Translations under genes and position numbers: made by a program | Notes under the pieces: model-generated | Told to the model about the DNA's origin: nothing | The model's database searches: none | Seen by the model: the letters and a program-made list of their open reading frames with translations, nothing else | Source: Candidatus Dormibacteria bacterium | GTDB taxonomy: Bacteria; Chloroflexota; Dormibacteria; Aeolococcales; Bog-877 | Assembly (NCBI GenBank): GCA_050734515.1 | Contig: JBOHUM010000007.1 | Span: 3,764 to 67,763 of the forward strand | DNA length: 64,000 nucleotides | Direction: 5' to 3' | Shown: piece by piece, positions 18,411-27,868 of the stretch | Layout: each line of letters opens with the position of its first letter | How positions within the stretch are numbered: position 1 is the stretch's first letter

Positions 18411-19747
18411 AGCCGGCCTCCCGCCGCCGCCAGTGGCTCAGGGGCGGCCCCGGCCGCCAGCCCGAGCCGCCGGTAGCTCTCCTCCACCTGGGCCAGATAA
18501 GGCTCCAGCTCGAAGCACGCCCCCACCTCCGCAGGTGAGAGCAGCTCCGCCACCTCCGCCGAACCCTCGACCAGGGAGCGGAAGTCCCCCCCGGGGGCGC
18601 TGCTGGCCAGGGCCAGGCCCTGCACCAGGCGGTAGGCCAGCTCCCGGGACAGGCCCTTGCGGACCAGGGCCAGCATCACCAGCTGGCTCTGCGCCACCTG
18701 CCCCTGGCTGACCAGGTTGGCCCGCATCCGGGCGGGGTCGACCTCGAGCCCGACCAGGACCTCGGTGAGGGTGCGGAGCATGTGGCAGCTGGCCATGGTG
18801 GCGTCGGGGAGGCAGACCCGCTCCACCGAGGAGTGCGAGATGTCACGCTCGTGCCAGAGGGCCACGTCCTCCAGCCCGGCGACCGCCCAGCCCCGCAGCA
18901 GCCGGCTGAGCCCGCAAACCTGCTCCAGCCGGACCGGGTTGCGCTTGTGGGGCATCGCCGATGACCCCTTCTGCCGGGGCCGGAACGGCTCCCTCACCTC
19001 GGCAACCTCGGTCCGCTGAAGGTGGCGGAGGTTGAGCGCCAGGCGCTCGGCCACCGCTCCCAGCAGCGCCAGGGCGCACAGGTAGGCGGCATGGCGGTCG
19101 CGGGCCACCACCTGGGTGGTGATGGGGGCGGGTGTCAGCCCCAGCCGGGCCAGGGCCCGCTCCTCGACGTCGGGCGAGACCGTGGCATGGGTGCCCACCG
19201 TGCCCGAGATCTTGCCCACCTCCACTCCCGCCGCCGCCCCGACCAGCCGCTCCCCGGCACGCCGGAGCTCGTCGAGGTGGTTGGCGAGGACGAAGCCGAA
19301 GGTCACGGGTTCGGCGTGCATCCCGTGGGTCCGCCCGGCCATGGGCGTGCCGCGGTGGCGCTCGGCCAGATCTACCAGGGACCTGAGGAGCCTCTCCAGG
19401 TCGGCGACGATCAGGCGGTTGGCCTCCCGCAGCTGCAGGGCCAGGGCGGTGTCGAGCACGTCCTGGCTGGTCAGCCCCAGGTGCAGGTGGCGGATCGCCG
19501 GGCCCCCGCCTTCCTGGAGGGCGCTGAGGAAGGCGGCCAGGTCGTGCCCCTGCTCGGCCTCCAGCTGGGCGACCCGGTCAGCGGCCGGGGCCTGCAGTCG
19601 GCGGAGCTCCGCCATCTCGACTTCCGGGATCTCGCCCAGCTCCCGGCGGGCCTCGCAGACCGCCAGCTCGACCTGCAGCCAGAGGGCGAGCCGGTTGCGA
19701 TCCGACCACAGTTCCCGCAGCTCCGGAGGGGCGTAGCGGTCGATCAT
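18407..19747 (-). CDS. purB: Adenylosuccinate lyase
   Basis: Carries the fumarate-lyase signature GSSAMPHKRNP. Start re-called to ATG 19747 (MIDRYAPPEL...). The track start 19807 lies upstream of the candidate -10 box. Confidence 0.9.
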   Translation of the reverse strand: MIDRYAPPELRELWSDRNRLALWLQVELAVCEARRELGEIPEVEMAELRRLQAPAADRVAQLEAEQGHDLAAFLSALQEGGGPAIRHLHLGLTSQDVLDTALALQLREANRLIVADLERLLRSLVDLAERHRGTPMAGRTHGMHAEPVTFGFVLANHLDELRRAGERLVGAAAGVEVGKISGTVGTHATVSPDVEERALARLGLTPAPITTQVVARDRHAAYLCALALLGAVAERLALNLRHLQRTEVAEVREPFRPRQKGSSAMPHKRNPVRLEQVCGLSRLLRGWAVAGLEDVALWHERDISHSSVERVCLPDATMASCHMLRTLTEVLVGLEVDPARMRANLVSQGQVAQSQLVMLALVRKGLSRELAYRLVQGLALASSAPGGDFRSLVEGSAEVAELLSPAEVGACFELEPYLAQVEESYRRLGLAAGAAPEPLAAAGGRL

Positions 19748-19796
19748 CTCCGGCCGCAGGACCAGGCCAGGGGCGGGGCCGTGCTCACCTGCACCA

Positions 19797-19802
19797 AGTA
19801 TA
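19797..19802 (-). promoter_or_regulatory. Candidate -10 box (TATACT) for the pur operon
   Basis: The reverse strand reads TATACT about 50 nt upstream of purB ATG 19747. No convincing -35 element. Confidence 0.25.
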
Positions 19803-19884
19803 GGCACCCCCCGGCGCCGCCCCGGACGGGCTCGGCCAGACCAGTACCGTTGCCAGAGTGGGCGGTGCGCGCCAGGTCGAATTC

Positions 19885-19910
19885 GTAACCACGGACGGGC
19901 AGCGCTCGTT
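19885..19910 (+). promoter_or_regulatory. Candidate ECF-type (autoregulated) promoter
   Basis: GTAACC (19885-19890), a 16-nt spacer, then CGTT (19907-19910), about 30 nt upstream of the sigma-factor start. It resembles the generic ECF pattern of an AAC-containing -35 and a CGT -10. Confidence 0.3.
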
Positions 19911-19940
19911 CTGGTCTCGGTCCAAGGTCCGGACGCATAA

Positions 19941-20516
19941 GTGATGGCACGGGAGCGGGAGGAGGAGCTGATTGCCCGTGCCCAGGATGAACCGGAGTGC
20001 TTTGGCCAGCTTTATGACCGATATTTCCCGCAGATCTACCGCTACGTGGCCGCCCGGGTGCGCAGCCCGGAGGTGGCCGAGGATGTCACCAGCGAGGTGT
20101 TCCTCAAGGCGCTGCGGGGGATCGGCCGCTACCGCCCCACCGGTCATCCCTTCTCCGCCTGGCTCTACCAGATCGCTCTCAACAGCATCACCGACCACTA
20201 CCGCAGCCGCAAGCGCAGCGAGGACAGCCTGGATCAGGGACCGGAGCTGCTGGCCGCAGGCGCGTCGGTCGACGACCAGGTCGCCGATCGGCTGGGGGTG
20301 GCTGAGATCTGGCGTGAGATCGAGTCGCTGCCCTCGCAGCAGCAGGCGGCGATGACCCTCAAGTACGCGGAGGACCTCAAGCTGGCGGAGATCGGCCAGA
20401 TCATGGGCAAGAGCGAGGGCGCGGTCAAGCTCTTGATCTTCCGGGGCACGGCCACGCTCCGCTCCCGGCTGATCCTGAAGCGACCCCGGGCGCGCGAGGC
20501 CTCCCGCGATGGCTGA
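19941..20516 (+). CDS. ECF-family RNA polymerase sigma factor
   Basis: 191 aa (GTG 19941 or ATG 19944). Region 2 (FGQLYDRYFPQIYRYV, FSAWLYQIALNSITDHYR) and region 4 (AAMTLKYAEDLKLAEIGQIMGKSEGAVK) are recognisable. Confidence 0.88.
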   Translation: MMAREREEELIARAQDEPECFGQLYDRYFPQIYRYVAARVRSPEVAEDVTSEVFLKALRGIGRYRPTGHPFSAWLYQIALNSITDHYRSRKRSEDSLDQGPELLAAGASVDDQVADRLGVAEIWREIESLPSQQQAAMTLKYAEDLKLAEIGQIMGKSEGAVKLLIFRGTATLRSRLILKRPRAREASRDG

Positions 20517-22821
20517 GCTCCGCCCCTGGCGCTGGGGCCGGCCCCGGTCCGCACCGGACCCGGAGTTGGAGGCGATCTTCCCTCGGGACGCGGAACCCGA
20601 CCTGCTCGAGGCCGCCACCCTGATCCACCGCCTGATCGGGGCCACGCCCCGGCCCCAGCCCGACCCCGCCTTCCAGGCCCGGCTCCGGGCAAGGCTGGTG
20701 GGCCCCGCCGCCCGCCACGTCCCCACGAGGCGCCGGCGGCCCTGGGGGCTGGCCCTGGGGGCCGGAAGCGCGCTCGCCGCCGCGGTGGCGGTGGCGGTGG
20801 TGCTGGTCGAGGTGGTGGGAACTCCCCCGCACAGCTCCCCCGTGAGCGTGACCACCCAGGTCTCGGGCCAGCGCCAGGTCCCGGTCACCCAGCCCATCAC
20901 CCTGCACTTCAACCAGGCGATGGACGAGGCCGCCGTGGACAAGGGCCTGACCATCGCCCCGGCCGTGGCCTTCAAGACCAGCTGGACCTCCCCCACCACG
21001 CTGGTGATCTCCCCGGCCAACGGACTGGCGCCCAACCAGACCTACGTGGTCAGCATCGCCAAGAGCGCCGCCGTCTCCGCGGCGGGCAACCAAGCCGCCG
21101 CCGCCATCGTGATCCCCTTCGGCACCAGCACCACGCCGACGCCCGTCCTGGGCCAGCCCCCGGCGCTGGTCTCGGCAACCGAGGCGGCCACCACCTCGGG
21201 GCCGGCCACGCTCGGGTACGCGCCCGACGGGGCTTTGCTGGTGCTGGCCAGCGGCGGCCTGCTACCCCCTCCGACCGCGGGGGCCAGCCCTTCCCCCAGC
21301 CCGACCACGTCACCGTCGGCCTCGCCCACCTCAAGCTCGCCGGGCCACCCGGCCGTCCCCAGCCTGTACGCCCTCAATCCCGCGCCACAGTTGCTGGCCA
21401 CCGACGTCACCATGCCCAGCGTCTCGCCCGACAGCCAGAACATCGCCTACTGGTCACCGCAACCCAACGGCCTCCTGGCGCTGGAGGTGGTCCCCAGCGG
21501 CGGCGGGTCCCCCCACGCCCTGGCCACCTCGGCGGAGACGGATCCCGGCCTGGCCTGGCTCGACTCCGCCGACCTGCTCTACTCTGCCGCCGGCAATCTC
21601 TGGAAGGTCAGTCTCGACGGTCTTGCCAGCGCCGCCTTCCCCTCGGTCCAGCTGGATCCCACCGGGTTCTTCAGCCTGGCACCGGGCGGCTCGGCCATCT
21701 TCACCACCTCCGGTGGCGTGCCCAGCGTCTACGACCTCGCCACCGGCCTGAGCAATCCCCTCACCGGAATCCTGGGGGTGCCCACCTGGTCGGCCTCCGG
21801 AGCGGAGCTGGCCTACGTCGCCGCCAGCGGTGGCCGTCAGAGCATCGTGCTGGCCAGCGGCACCGGTAGCGGACCGGCCCAGCTGCTCATCGCCGGCGTC
21901 GGGGTGGGGCTGAGCGCCGCCACTCTGGATCCCAGCGGCCAGTTCCTGGTCTACACGGCCAGCGCCCTGGGCGCGACTCCGGAGCTGGTGGGCCTGAACG
22001 TCAGGTCCAAGGTCGCCAGCTCCATCTCCGGCCTCACCGGGGTGAGCGACCCGGTCTGGGCCCCAGCAGGTGACCAGGTCTCGGTGCTGACCAGCGGCTC
22101 CGGCCAGGGGGGTGTTGCGGTCGAGACCCTGCTGCTCTCCGGCACCGCTGCCGGCAGCGCTCCTGACCCTCAGGCCGGCAGCGCCCTGGTAGCGGCCAGC
22201 AAACTGGCCCAGCTGCAGGTCAACGCTCCCCCCGACGCCGCCCAGCAGATCCAGAGTCTGCTGGGTCCCGGCCTTTCCCTGCCTCCAACCGCCCTTCTCC
22301 CGGGGCACTTCGACCGCTTCTTCGTCCTGTCCAGCACCGCGTCCGCCAGCAGCGCCGGGGTCTACATGGTGGATCTGCACCTGGTCCGCGACGCCACTAG
22401 CAACGGGCGCGCCGCCTACCTCGACGAGCAGGTTACGGTGCAGACCAGCACCACACCGAGCCTGATCACCGCCCTAAGCCAGGGCCGGCTCACGCCGATC
22501 CCGATCGGGCCGGTGGTGGTCCAGGCCACCCTGACAAGCCAGGCCGGAGGTGGGGGCAGCTTCACCATCACCTTCAACTCCGACCTCGACCGCGGCACCG
22601 TCGGCGCCCAGTCGATCTCGCTGAGCGCCGGCGCCCAGGCCCTCGGTGGCCTGGAGTTCAGCTACTCGGCGCTGACCCGCACCGTCACCGTCAGCGTGCC
22701 CTCGCTGCCGCAATCGGCGGTGACCCTCACCGTGGGCCCTCCTCTGGCCGACGTCCATGGCACCCTGATGCAGAGTCCCTACCAGGTGGTGCTCCAGGCT
22801 GGGGCTAAGCCCGCCCCCTAG
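20509..22821 (+). CDS. Anti-sigma-like single-pass membrane protein with a large extracytoplasmic domain (Ig-like and TolB/PD40-like repeats)
   Basis: It overlaps the sigma gene by 8 nt. It has a short cytoplasmic N-terminus, one TM helix (LALGAGSALAAAVAVAVVLV) and SbsA/Big_5-like segments (ITLHFNQAMDEAAV...LAPNQTYVVSI; FTITFNSDLDRGTV). A P/S/T linker and PD40-like repeats follow (SPDSQNIAYWS, SASGAELAYVA, DPSGQFLVYTA). Domain calls are by eye. Confidence 0.6.
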   Translation: MAELRPWRWGRPRSAPDPELEAIFPRDAEPDLLEAATLIHRLIGATPRPQPDPAFQARLRARLVGPAARHVPTRRRRPWGLALGAGSALAAAVAVAVVLVEVVGTPPHSSPVSVTTQVSGQRQVPVTQPITLHFNQAMDEAAVDKGLTIAPAVAFKTSWTSPTTLVISPANGLAPNQTYVVSIAKSAAVSAAGNQAAAAIVIPFGTSTTPTPVLGQPPALVSATEAATTSGPATLGYAPDGALLVLASGGLLPPPTAGASPSPSPTTSPSASPTSSSPGHPAVPSLYALNPAPQLLATDVTMPSVSPDSQNIAYWSPQPNGLLALEVVPSGGGSPHALATSAETDPGLAWLDSADLLYSAAGNLWKVSLDGLASAAFPSVQLDPTGFFSLAPGGSAIFTTSGGVPSVYDLATGLSNPLTGILGVPTWSASGAELAYVAASGGRQSIVLASGTGSGPAQLLIAGVGVGLSAATLDPSGQFLVYTASALGATPELVGLNVRSKVASSISGLTGVSDPVWAPAGDQVSVLTSGSGQGGVAVETLLLSGTAAGSAPDPQAGSALVAASKLAQLQVNAPPDAAQQIQSLLGPGLSLPPTALLPGHFDRFFVLSSTASASSAGVYMVDLHLVRDATSNGRAAYLDEQVTVQTSTTPSLITALSQGRLTPIPIGPVVVQATLTSQAGGGGSFTITFNSDLDRGTVGAQSISLSAGAQALGGLEFSYSALTRTVTVSVPSLPQSAVTLTVGPPLADVHGTLMQSPYQVVLQAGAKPAP

Positions 22822-24275
22822 GCAGGGGCCGTCGAGGCCAGCACGGCGGCGATCGCCGCCACCCGCCGGAGGTCGCTTGCGATCGGCCCCATGGTCTCCG
22901 CCTGCATCAGCGCCCAGGCCCGCGACCGCTCGATCAGATCGGGGTGCTTGGCCAGGTACTCGGTGGTCAGCCGCCCGGCCAGGAAGTCGTCGTCAGCCAG
23001 CAGAGTGGCGTGGAGCGCGATGTTGGTGGTGATGCCCCCAATCCAGTACTCCATCAGGGCTCGCCGGGCCCGAGCCGCCGCCTGCTCCCGGTCGGCGCCG
23101 TGGGCGATCATCTTGGCGATCATCGGGTCGTAGTAGGGGCTCACCTGCCCGGGACCTGCCATCGAGCTGTCCACCCGCACGCCCGGACCGGAGGGCTCGT
23201 GGTAAGCGCTCACCCGGCCCGGAGTGGGCGCGAAGTCCTGAGCAGGATCCTCAGCGTTGATGCGGCATTCGATCGCCCAACCGTTCCACCTCACCTGCGC
23301 TTGGGTGAAGCTCAGGGGTTCATCAAGCGCGATCCGGAGCTGCGCGCCCACCAGGTCGATACCGGTCACCAGTTCGGTTACCGGGTGCTCCACCTGGAGT
23401 CGCGTGTTCATCTCCAAAAAGTAGAAATCGCCGTGCGATTCGATGAACTCAACAGTGCCGGCGTTGATGTAGCCGACCGCCTCCGCGGCCTTGATGGCCG
23501 CCTCCCCCATCTTCTGCCTGGTGCTGGCGTTAACGGCGGTCGAGGGGCATTCCTCCAGCAATTTCTGGTGCCGACGCTGGATCGAGCACTCGCGCTCGCC
23601 CAGATGCACCGTGTGCCCGTGGGCGTCGGCCAGCACCTGGATCTCGATGTGGCGCGGATCCTCCACCAGCTTCTCCAGAAAAACCCTGGGATCGCCGAAG
23701 AAGCGGCGCGCCGAGTCAGTGCAGGCCGCCACCGCCGCCTCCAGTTCGGCCGGGTCACGGGCCGTGCGCATGCCTATCCCCCCGCCCCCGGCGGACGCCT
23801 TGACCAGCACCGGATACCCGATCTCCCGCGCCACCGCCAGGGCCTCGGAGCTGTCGCCCAGGGCGTCGCTCCCGGGCACGATCGGCACTCCCGCCTGGCG
23901 CATGCGCTCTCGGGCACGGACCTTGTCACCCATGGCGGCCATGGCCTCGGGCGGAGGCCCGATGAAGGTCAGCCCCGCGTCCTGGCAGGCCTGGGCGAAC
24001 CTGGCGTTCTCGGAGAGGAAGCCGTAGCCGGGGTGAACCGCCTGGGCGCCGGACTGGCGCGCCGCCTCCACCATCCGCTCGATGTTGAGGTAGGACTCGG
24101 CGGGCATCGAGGGGCCGATGGCCAGCGCGGCATCGGCCAGCTTGGTGTGCAGGGCGCCCCGGTCGGCCTCGGAGTAGACCGCCACCGACTTGAGCCCCAG
24201 ATCGCGGCAGCCACGGATCACCCGGACGGCGATCTCCCCGCGGTTGCCCACCAGCACGGTGTCGAAACCGGCCAC
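22818..24275 (-). CDS. Biotin carboxylase (pyruvate carboxylase subunit A type)
   Basis: 485 aa with biotin-carboxylase/ATP-grasp sequence (VLVGNRGEIAVRVIR, GGGGIGMR, EMNTRLQVEHPVTE). It lies immediately downstream of the carboxyltransferase/BCCP subunit. Confidence 0.85.
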   Translation of the reverse strand: MAGFDTVLVGNRGEIAVRVIRGCRDLGLKSVAVYSEADRGALHTKLADAALAIGPSMPAESYLNIERMVEAARQSGAQAVHPGYGFLSENARFAQACQDAGLTFIGPPPEAMAAMGDKVRARERMRQAGVPIVPGSDALGDSSEALAVAREIGYPVLVKASAGGGGIGMRTARDPAELEAAVAACTDSARRFFGDPRVFLEKLVEDPRHIEIQVLADAHGHTVHLGERECSIQRRHQKLLEECPSTAVNASTRQKMGEAAIKAAEAVGYINAGTVEFIESHGDFYFLEMNTRLQVEHPVTELVTGIDLVGAQLRIALDEPLSFTQAQVRWNGWAIECRINAEDPAQDFAPTPGRVSAYHEPSGPGVRVDSSMAGPGQVSPYYDPMIAKMIAHGADREQAAARARRALMEYWIGGITTNIALHATLLADDDFLAGRLTTEYLAKHPDLIERSRAWALMQAETMGPIASDLRRVAAIAAVLASTAPA

Positions 24276-24285
24276 GACCCGCTCC

Positions 24286-26112
24286 TCAGTCCACCGTGAC
24301 CAGGGTCTCGCCCCGGCTGACCACCTGGCCCTCGGCCACCAGCACCTGGCTGACCACCCCGGAACGGTCGGAGGGGATGTCGTTCTGCATCTTCATCGCC
24401 TCGAGCACGACCACCGTCTGCCCGACATCCACGTGGTCGCCGGGCTTGACCGCCACCCGGGCGATCAGGCCCTGCATCGGCGCCTTCACGCCACTGCCGG
24501 CTGGGCTCGGGGAACTCGCCGCTGCGGGCGTGACCTCCCAGGAACCGTCCTTGGCGGCGACGCGCACCTCGAAGACCTCGCCATCCACCTCGACCGCGAA
24601 CTCCCGCCAGGCCGCCGGGGTCTCGGCCGCGGAGGGGTCGGGCGCCGGCGCCGGGGGTGGGGCCATCAGGGGCACGGCGGCGGCGTCTCCCACCGGCTCG
24701 CTGAGGTCGCCGCCGTCGACCAGCGCCGGGGCTGGCTCCGGCTCGGGTTCGGGCTCGTCTTCCAGACGCTCCACTCGGGCCTCTCCCCGGAGCAGAGCCG
24801 TGGTGGCCCGGGGGAAGAGCAGGAGGCCCAGGGCGTTGTTGCCACTGGGGTCGGGCCAGCCCTGCTTGGCCACGGCCTTGGCGGCCGGGTCCAGCGCCGG
24901 CTCGAGCACGTCGGCAGGCCGGACGGTGATCGGCTCCTCGTCGCCGATCACCAGCCGCTGGATCTCGGGATCGACCGCGCCGGGGGGTGAGCCGAACAGA
25001 CCCAGGAAGTAGTCCTTGGCCTCCTGGTTCACCGTCAGGTAGGGGTCGCCGGAGGCGACGTTGGCGACCGCCTGGCTGATCACGATCTGAGCCACCGGGG
25101 TGATCAGCGGCGGGTATCCCATCGCCGCTCGCACCCGGGGAATCTCCTCCAGCACCGCAGGCAGCTTGTCCTGCGCTCCCTGGGACTCACACTCCTGGCG
25201 GAGGTGCTCCAGCACCGATGGCGCCAGCTGAGTGCGCAGCGTTCCCGAGTCGTGCTGCCAGCCCCGAGGGTCGGCTATGGCCCGGTAGAGCGGCATTACC
25301 TCGTCCAGGGCGTCGGCGGCCGCCAGCACCCGGGCCTCGTCGACCGCGGGCTCGACCTCGGTGCCCCGCAATGCCGCCAGCACCCCCTCGGTGCTGGGCA
25401 GGGAGGCCCCGCCTGCCAGCGGTGAGAGGCACACGTCGAGCGCGTGCGCCCCGGCCTCGGCCGCCGCCAGGTAGGCGAAGGACGCCTGGCCGGTGATGGT
25501 GGCGCAGTGAACGCTCACCGGCAGCTGGGTGGCCTCGATCAGACCGCCCACCAGCAGGCGGGCGCTCCCTGCCCCCAGCAGGCCGGCGGGATCGTAGAGA
25601 CACAGGCTGCGGAACCCCAACTCGGAGAGCTGACGGCCGAGTTCGATGAAGCCGGCCACCGAGTGCACCGGGCTCTCCGTGTAGACCAGGGCCCCCTCGG
25701 GATGCTTGCCCTGGGTCAGCACCGCCTGGGCCACCCGGACCAGGTTGCGCGGGTCGTTCAGAGGATCGAAGCAGCGGAAGCTGTCCAGCCCGCATTCGGC
25801 CGACCGGGCCACGAAACGGTCCACGGCGTCATCGGCCACCGGCCGGTACCCGACCAGAGCCTGCCCCCGAATCAGGCCCAGAAGGTTGGCCCGGGACACC
25901 GAGCGGATGGCCTGCAGGCGCTCGAAGGGATCCTCGCCCAGGTGCTCCAGCCCGGACTCGTAGGTGGCGCCCCCAAAGACGTCCACGGCGGCCACGCCAG
26001 AGCCCTCCAGACGTTCCAGAACCGGCAGCATGTGCCTGGTGCGGAGCCGACTCAGGAGCAGTGTCTGCTGGCCGTGACGCAGGCTGCACTCGATCAGGCC
26101 GATGGCGGGCAT
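24286..26112 (-). CDS. Pyruvate carboxylase subunit B / oxaloacetate-decarboxylase-alpha-like (carboxyltransferase plus biotinyl domain)
   Basis: Start re-called to ATG 26112 (MPAIGLIECSLRHGQQTLL...). It has an HMGL-like TIM-barrel N-terminus and a C-terminal biotinyl motif EAMKMQN. The track ORF to 26532 is over-extended. Confidence 0.82.
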   Translation of the reverse strand: MPAIGLIECSLRHGQQTLLLSRLRTRHMLPVLERLEGSGVAAVDVFGGATYESGLEHLGEDPFERLQAIRSVSRANLLGLIRGQALVGYRPVADDAVDRFVARSAECGLDSFRCFDPLNDPRNLVRVAQAVLTQGKHPEGALVYTESPVHSVAGFIELGRQLSELGFRSLCLYDPAGLLGAGSARLLVGGLIEATQLPVSVHCATITGQASFAYLAAAEAGAHALDVCLSPLAGGASLPSTEGVLAALRGTEVEPAVDEARVLAAADALDEVMPLYRAIADPRGWQHDSGTLRTQLAPSVLEHLRQECESQGAQDKLPAVLEEIPRVRAAMGYPPLITPVAQIVISQAVANVASGDPYLTVNQEAKDYFLGLFGSPPGAVDPEIQRLVIGDEEPITVRPADVLEPALDPAAKAVAKQGWPDPSGNNALGLLLFPRATTALLRGEARVERLEDEPEPEPEPAPALVDGGDLSEPVGDAAAVPLMAPPPAPAPDPSAAETPAAWREFAVEVDGEVFEVRVAAKDGSWEVTPAAASSPSPAGSGVKAPMQGLIARVAVKPGDHVDVGQTVVVLEAMKMQNDIPSDRSGVVSQVLVAEGQVVSRGETLVTVD

Positions 26113-26170
26113 GGCCAGCCAAGGGTACGGGAAGCGTCGGAAGCCGAGTGGGCCGGGCCCACGCCCCAGG

Positions 26171-26542
26171 TCAGGGCTTGGGGCCGACCCCGCGGGCCTT
26201 GCAGGCGACGCAGTGGGTGGCCCAGGGCAGCGCCTCCAGCCGGGCCCGGGGGATGCTCTCGCCGCAGCTGGCGCACACCCCGTAGCTGCCCTTGGCCAGC
26301 CGCTCCAGCGCGGCTCGTACCTCGGCCCCGAGCTTGACCAGTTCCGCGCCCGCCTGGGCGCGGGCGTGGCGGTCGGCGGCCTCGGCGACGTGGTCACCGG
26401 CTCGCTTGCCGTACTGCACGGGTGCGCTTGCCTCCACCGCCGGTCCGGCCAGCCGCCTCTCCTCAAGCTCCAGCTCCCCCAGCTTGCGGGTGAGCTGGCG
26501 GCGGACCTGTCGCATCTCGCGCTGGTTGGCAATGGTGGGCAC
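26171..26542 (-). CDS. DksA/TraR-family C4 zinc-finger protein
   Basis: 123 aa with a coiled-coil-like N-terminal half and a C-terminal CASCG-x17-CVAC finger. Confidence 0.75.
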   Translation of the reverse strand: MPTIANQREMRQVRRQLTRKLGELELEERRLAGPAVEASAPVQYGKRAGDHVAEAADRHARAQAGAELVKLGAEVRAALERLAKGSYGVCASCGESIPRARLEALPWATHCVACKARGVGPKP

Positions 26543-26578
26543 CCCGCCAGCGTGGCAGATCAGGGATCGGAGCGTCGT

Positions 26579-27868
26579 TCAGCCGGCGGCGATGTCCCGG
26601 CGGTAGCGCATCCCCTGGAAGTGGATTTCGGCCAGCGTCTGGTAGGCGCCTTCCCGGGCAGCCGCCAGGTCGGGGCCAACCGCGGTCGAGACCAGCACCC
26701 GCCCACCGGCCACCTCGGGCCGCCCGGCGGCCCCCACCCGGGTCGACATCTGGAAGACCGTCCGCCCGGAGATGCAGCCTGCGGGAATCCCCCTGATCTC
26801 GCCTCCTGGGCGAACCTCCTCGGGGTAGGGCTCCCGCGCCGCGACCACGCCGACGCTGCAGCCCGGAGCGGGCTCCGGGGTCGGGTCCCGCAACCGGCCC
26901 AGGGCGGCCTGCCACAGCAGCGGGATGAGGTCGGGGAGCAGCGGCAGGAGCACCTCCGCCTCCGGGTCCCCCAGGCGTGCGTTGAACTCCAAAACCGAGA
27001 TCCTGGCGCCGCTCAGCATGGCTCCCACGTAGAGGCAGCCGCGATAGGGCGTGCCCCGTCGCGCCATCGCCGCCAGCACCGGGAGGACAACCTCCCGCTC
27101 CACCCTGCGGTTGAGCTCGCGCCAGGCGGGGACGGCCGGGGCGAAGGCGCCCATGCCTCCGGTGTTGGGTCCCAGGTCGCCGTCTCCGGCGCGCTTGTAG
27201 TCGCGGGCCGGGGGCAGCATCCGGGCCGAGCGACCGTCGCAGACGGCGAAGAAGGAGGCCTCCTCACCGGCGATCCGGTCCTCGATCAGCAGCCGCTCTC
27301 CCGCCGCTCCCAGCTCGCCCCGGAGCAGAAGGCGGTCCACGACTGCCGCCGCCTCCGCGGGGCTGGCGCAGACGAAGGCTCCCTTGCCCAGGGCCAGCCC
27401 GTCGGCTTTGACGACCACCGCGCCCGACCGGCCCTTCAGGTGATCGAGGGCTGCCTGGCGCTGGTCGAAGACGGCGAACCGGGGAGTGGCGATCCCCTCC
27501 TGGCGCATCAGTTCCTTGGCAAAGCTCTTGCTGGTCTCCAAGCGTCCCGCCGCCTGGGTGGGCCCGAAGCAGGGAACTGCAACCTCCTCCAGGGCGTCGG
27601 CCGCGCCGGCCTCGACCGCAGCGTCCGGTCCCAGCAGCACCAGGTCCACCCGCTCCCGGCGGGCCAGCTCGGCCAGGCCGAGCGCGTCCGTAGCCAGCAG
27701 CGGGTGGTTCTGGGCGAGCTGGGCGGTGCCGCCGTTGCCGGGTGCGGCACTGACGCGGGCGACCAGGGGGCTGCGCCGGGCGGCCCAGCAGAGCGCGTGC
27801 TCCCGCCCCCCGCTGCCCACCACCAGAACGTGCAGCCCCGATGGGGCGGGTGGGACGACTACTCCCAC
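26579..27868 (-). CDS. purD: Phosphoribosylamine-glycine ligase
   Basis: [15 protein letters not shown]-terminal motif and an ATP-grasp body. GTG 27868 overlaps the guaA 3' end by 10 nt and the start is uncertain. Confidence 0.88.
   Translation of the reverse strand: MGVVVPPAPSGLHVLVVGSGGREHALCWAARRSPLVARVSAAPGNGGTAQLAQNHPLLATDALGLAELARRERVDLVLLGPDAAVEAGAADALEEVAVPCFGPTQAAGRLETSKSFAKELMRQEGIATPRFAVFDQRQAALDHLKGRSGAVVVKADGLALGKGAFVCASPAEAAAVVDRLLLRGELGAAGERLLIEDRIAGEEASFFAVCDGRSARMLPPARDYKRAGDGDLGPNTGGMGAFAPAVPAWRELNRRVEREVVLPVLAAMARRGTPYRGCLYVGAMLSGARISVLEFNARLGDPEAEVLLPLLPDLIPLLWQAALGRLRDPTPEPAPGCSVGVVAAREPYPEEVRPGGEIRGIPAGCISGRTVFQMSTRVGAAGRPEVAGGRVLVSTAVGPDLAAAREGAYQTLAEIHFQGMRYRRDIAAG

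Noticed and set aside
19748-19940. Possible ZTP (pfl) or other purine-related riboswitch in the purB leader or divergent region.
   Set aside because: I looked for the conserved ZTP elements (GGGTCGTG, TGGCG, CCGCCTGGGC). Only loose resemblances were found (TCTGGCAAC, CCGCCCCTGGCC), and the leader from the candidate -10 is only about 45 nt. An Infernal scan would be decisive.
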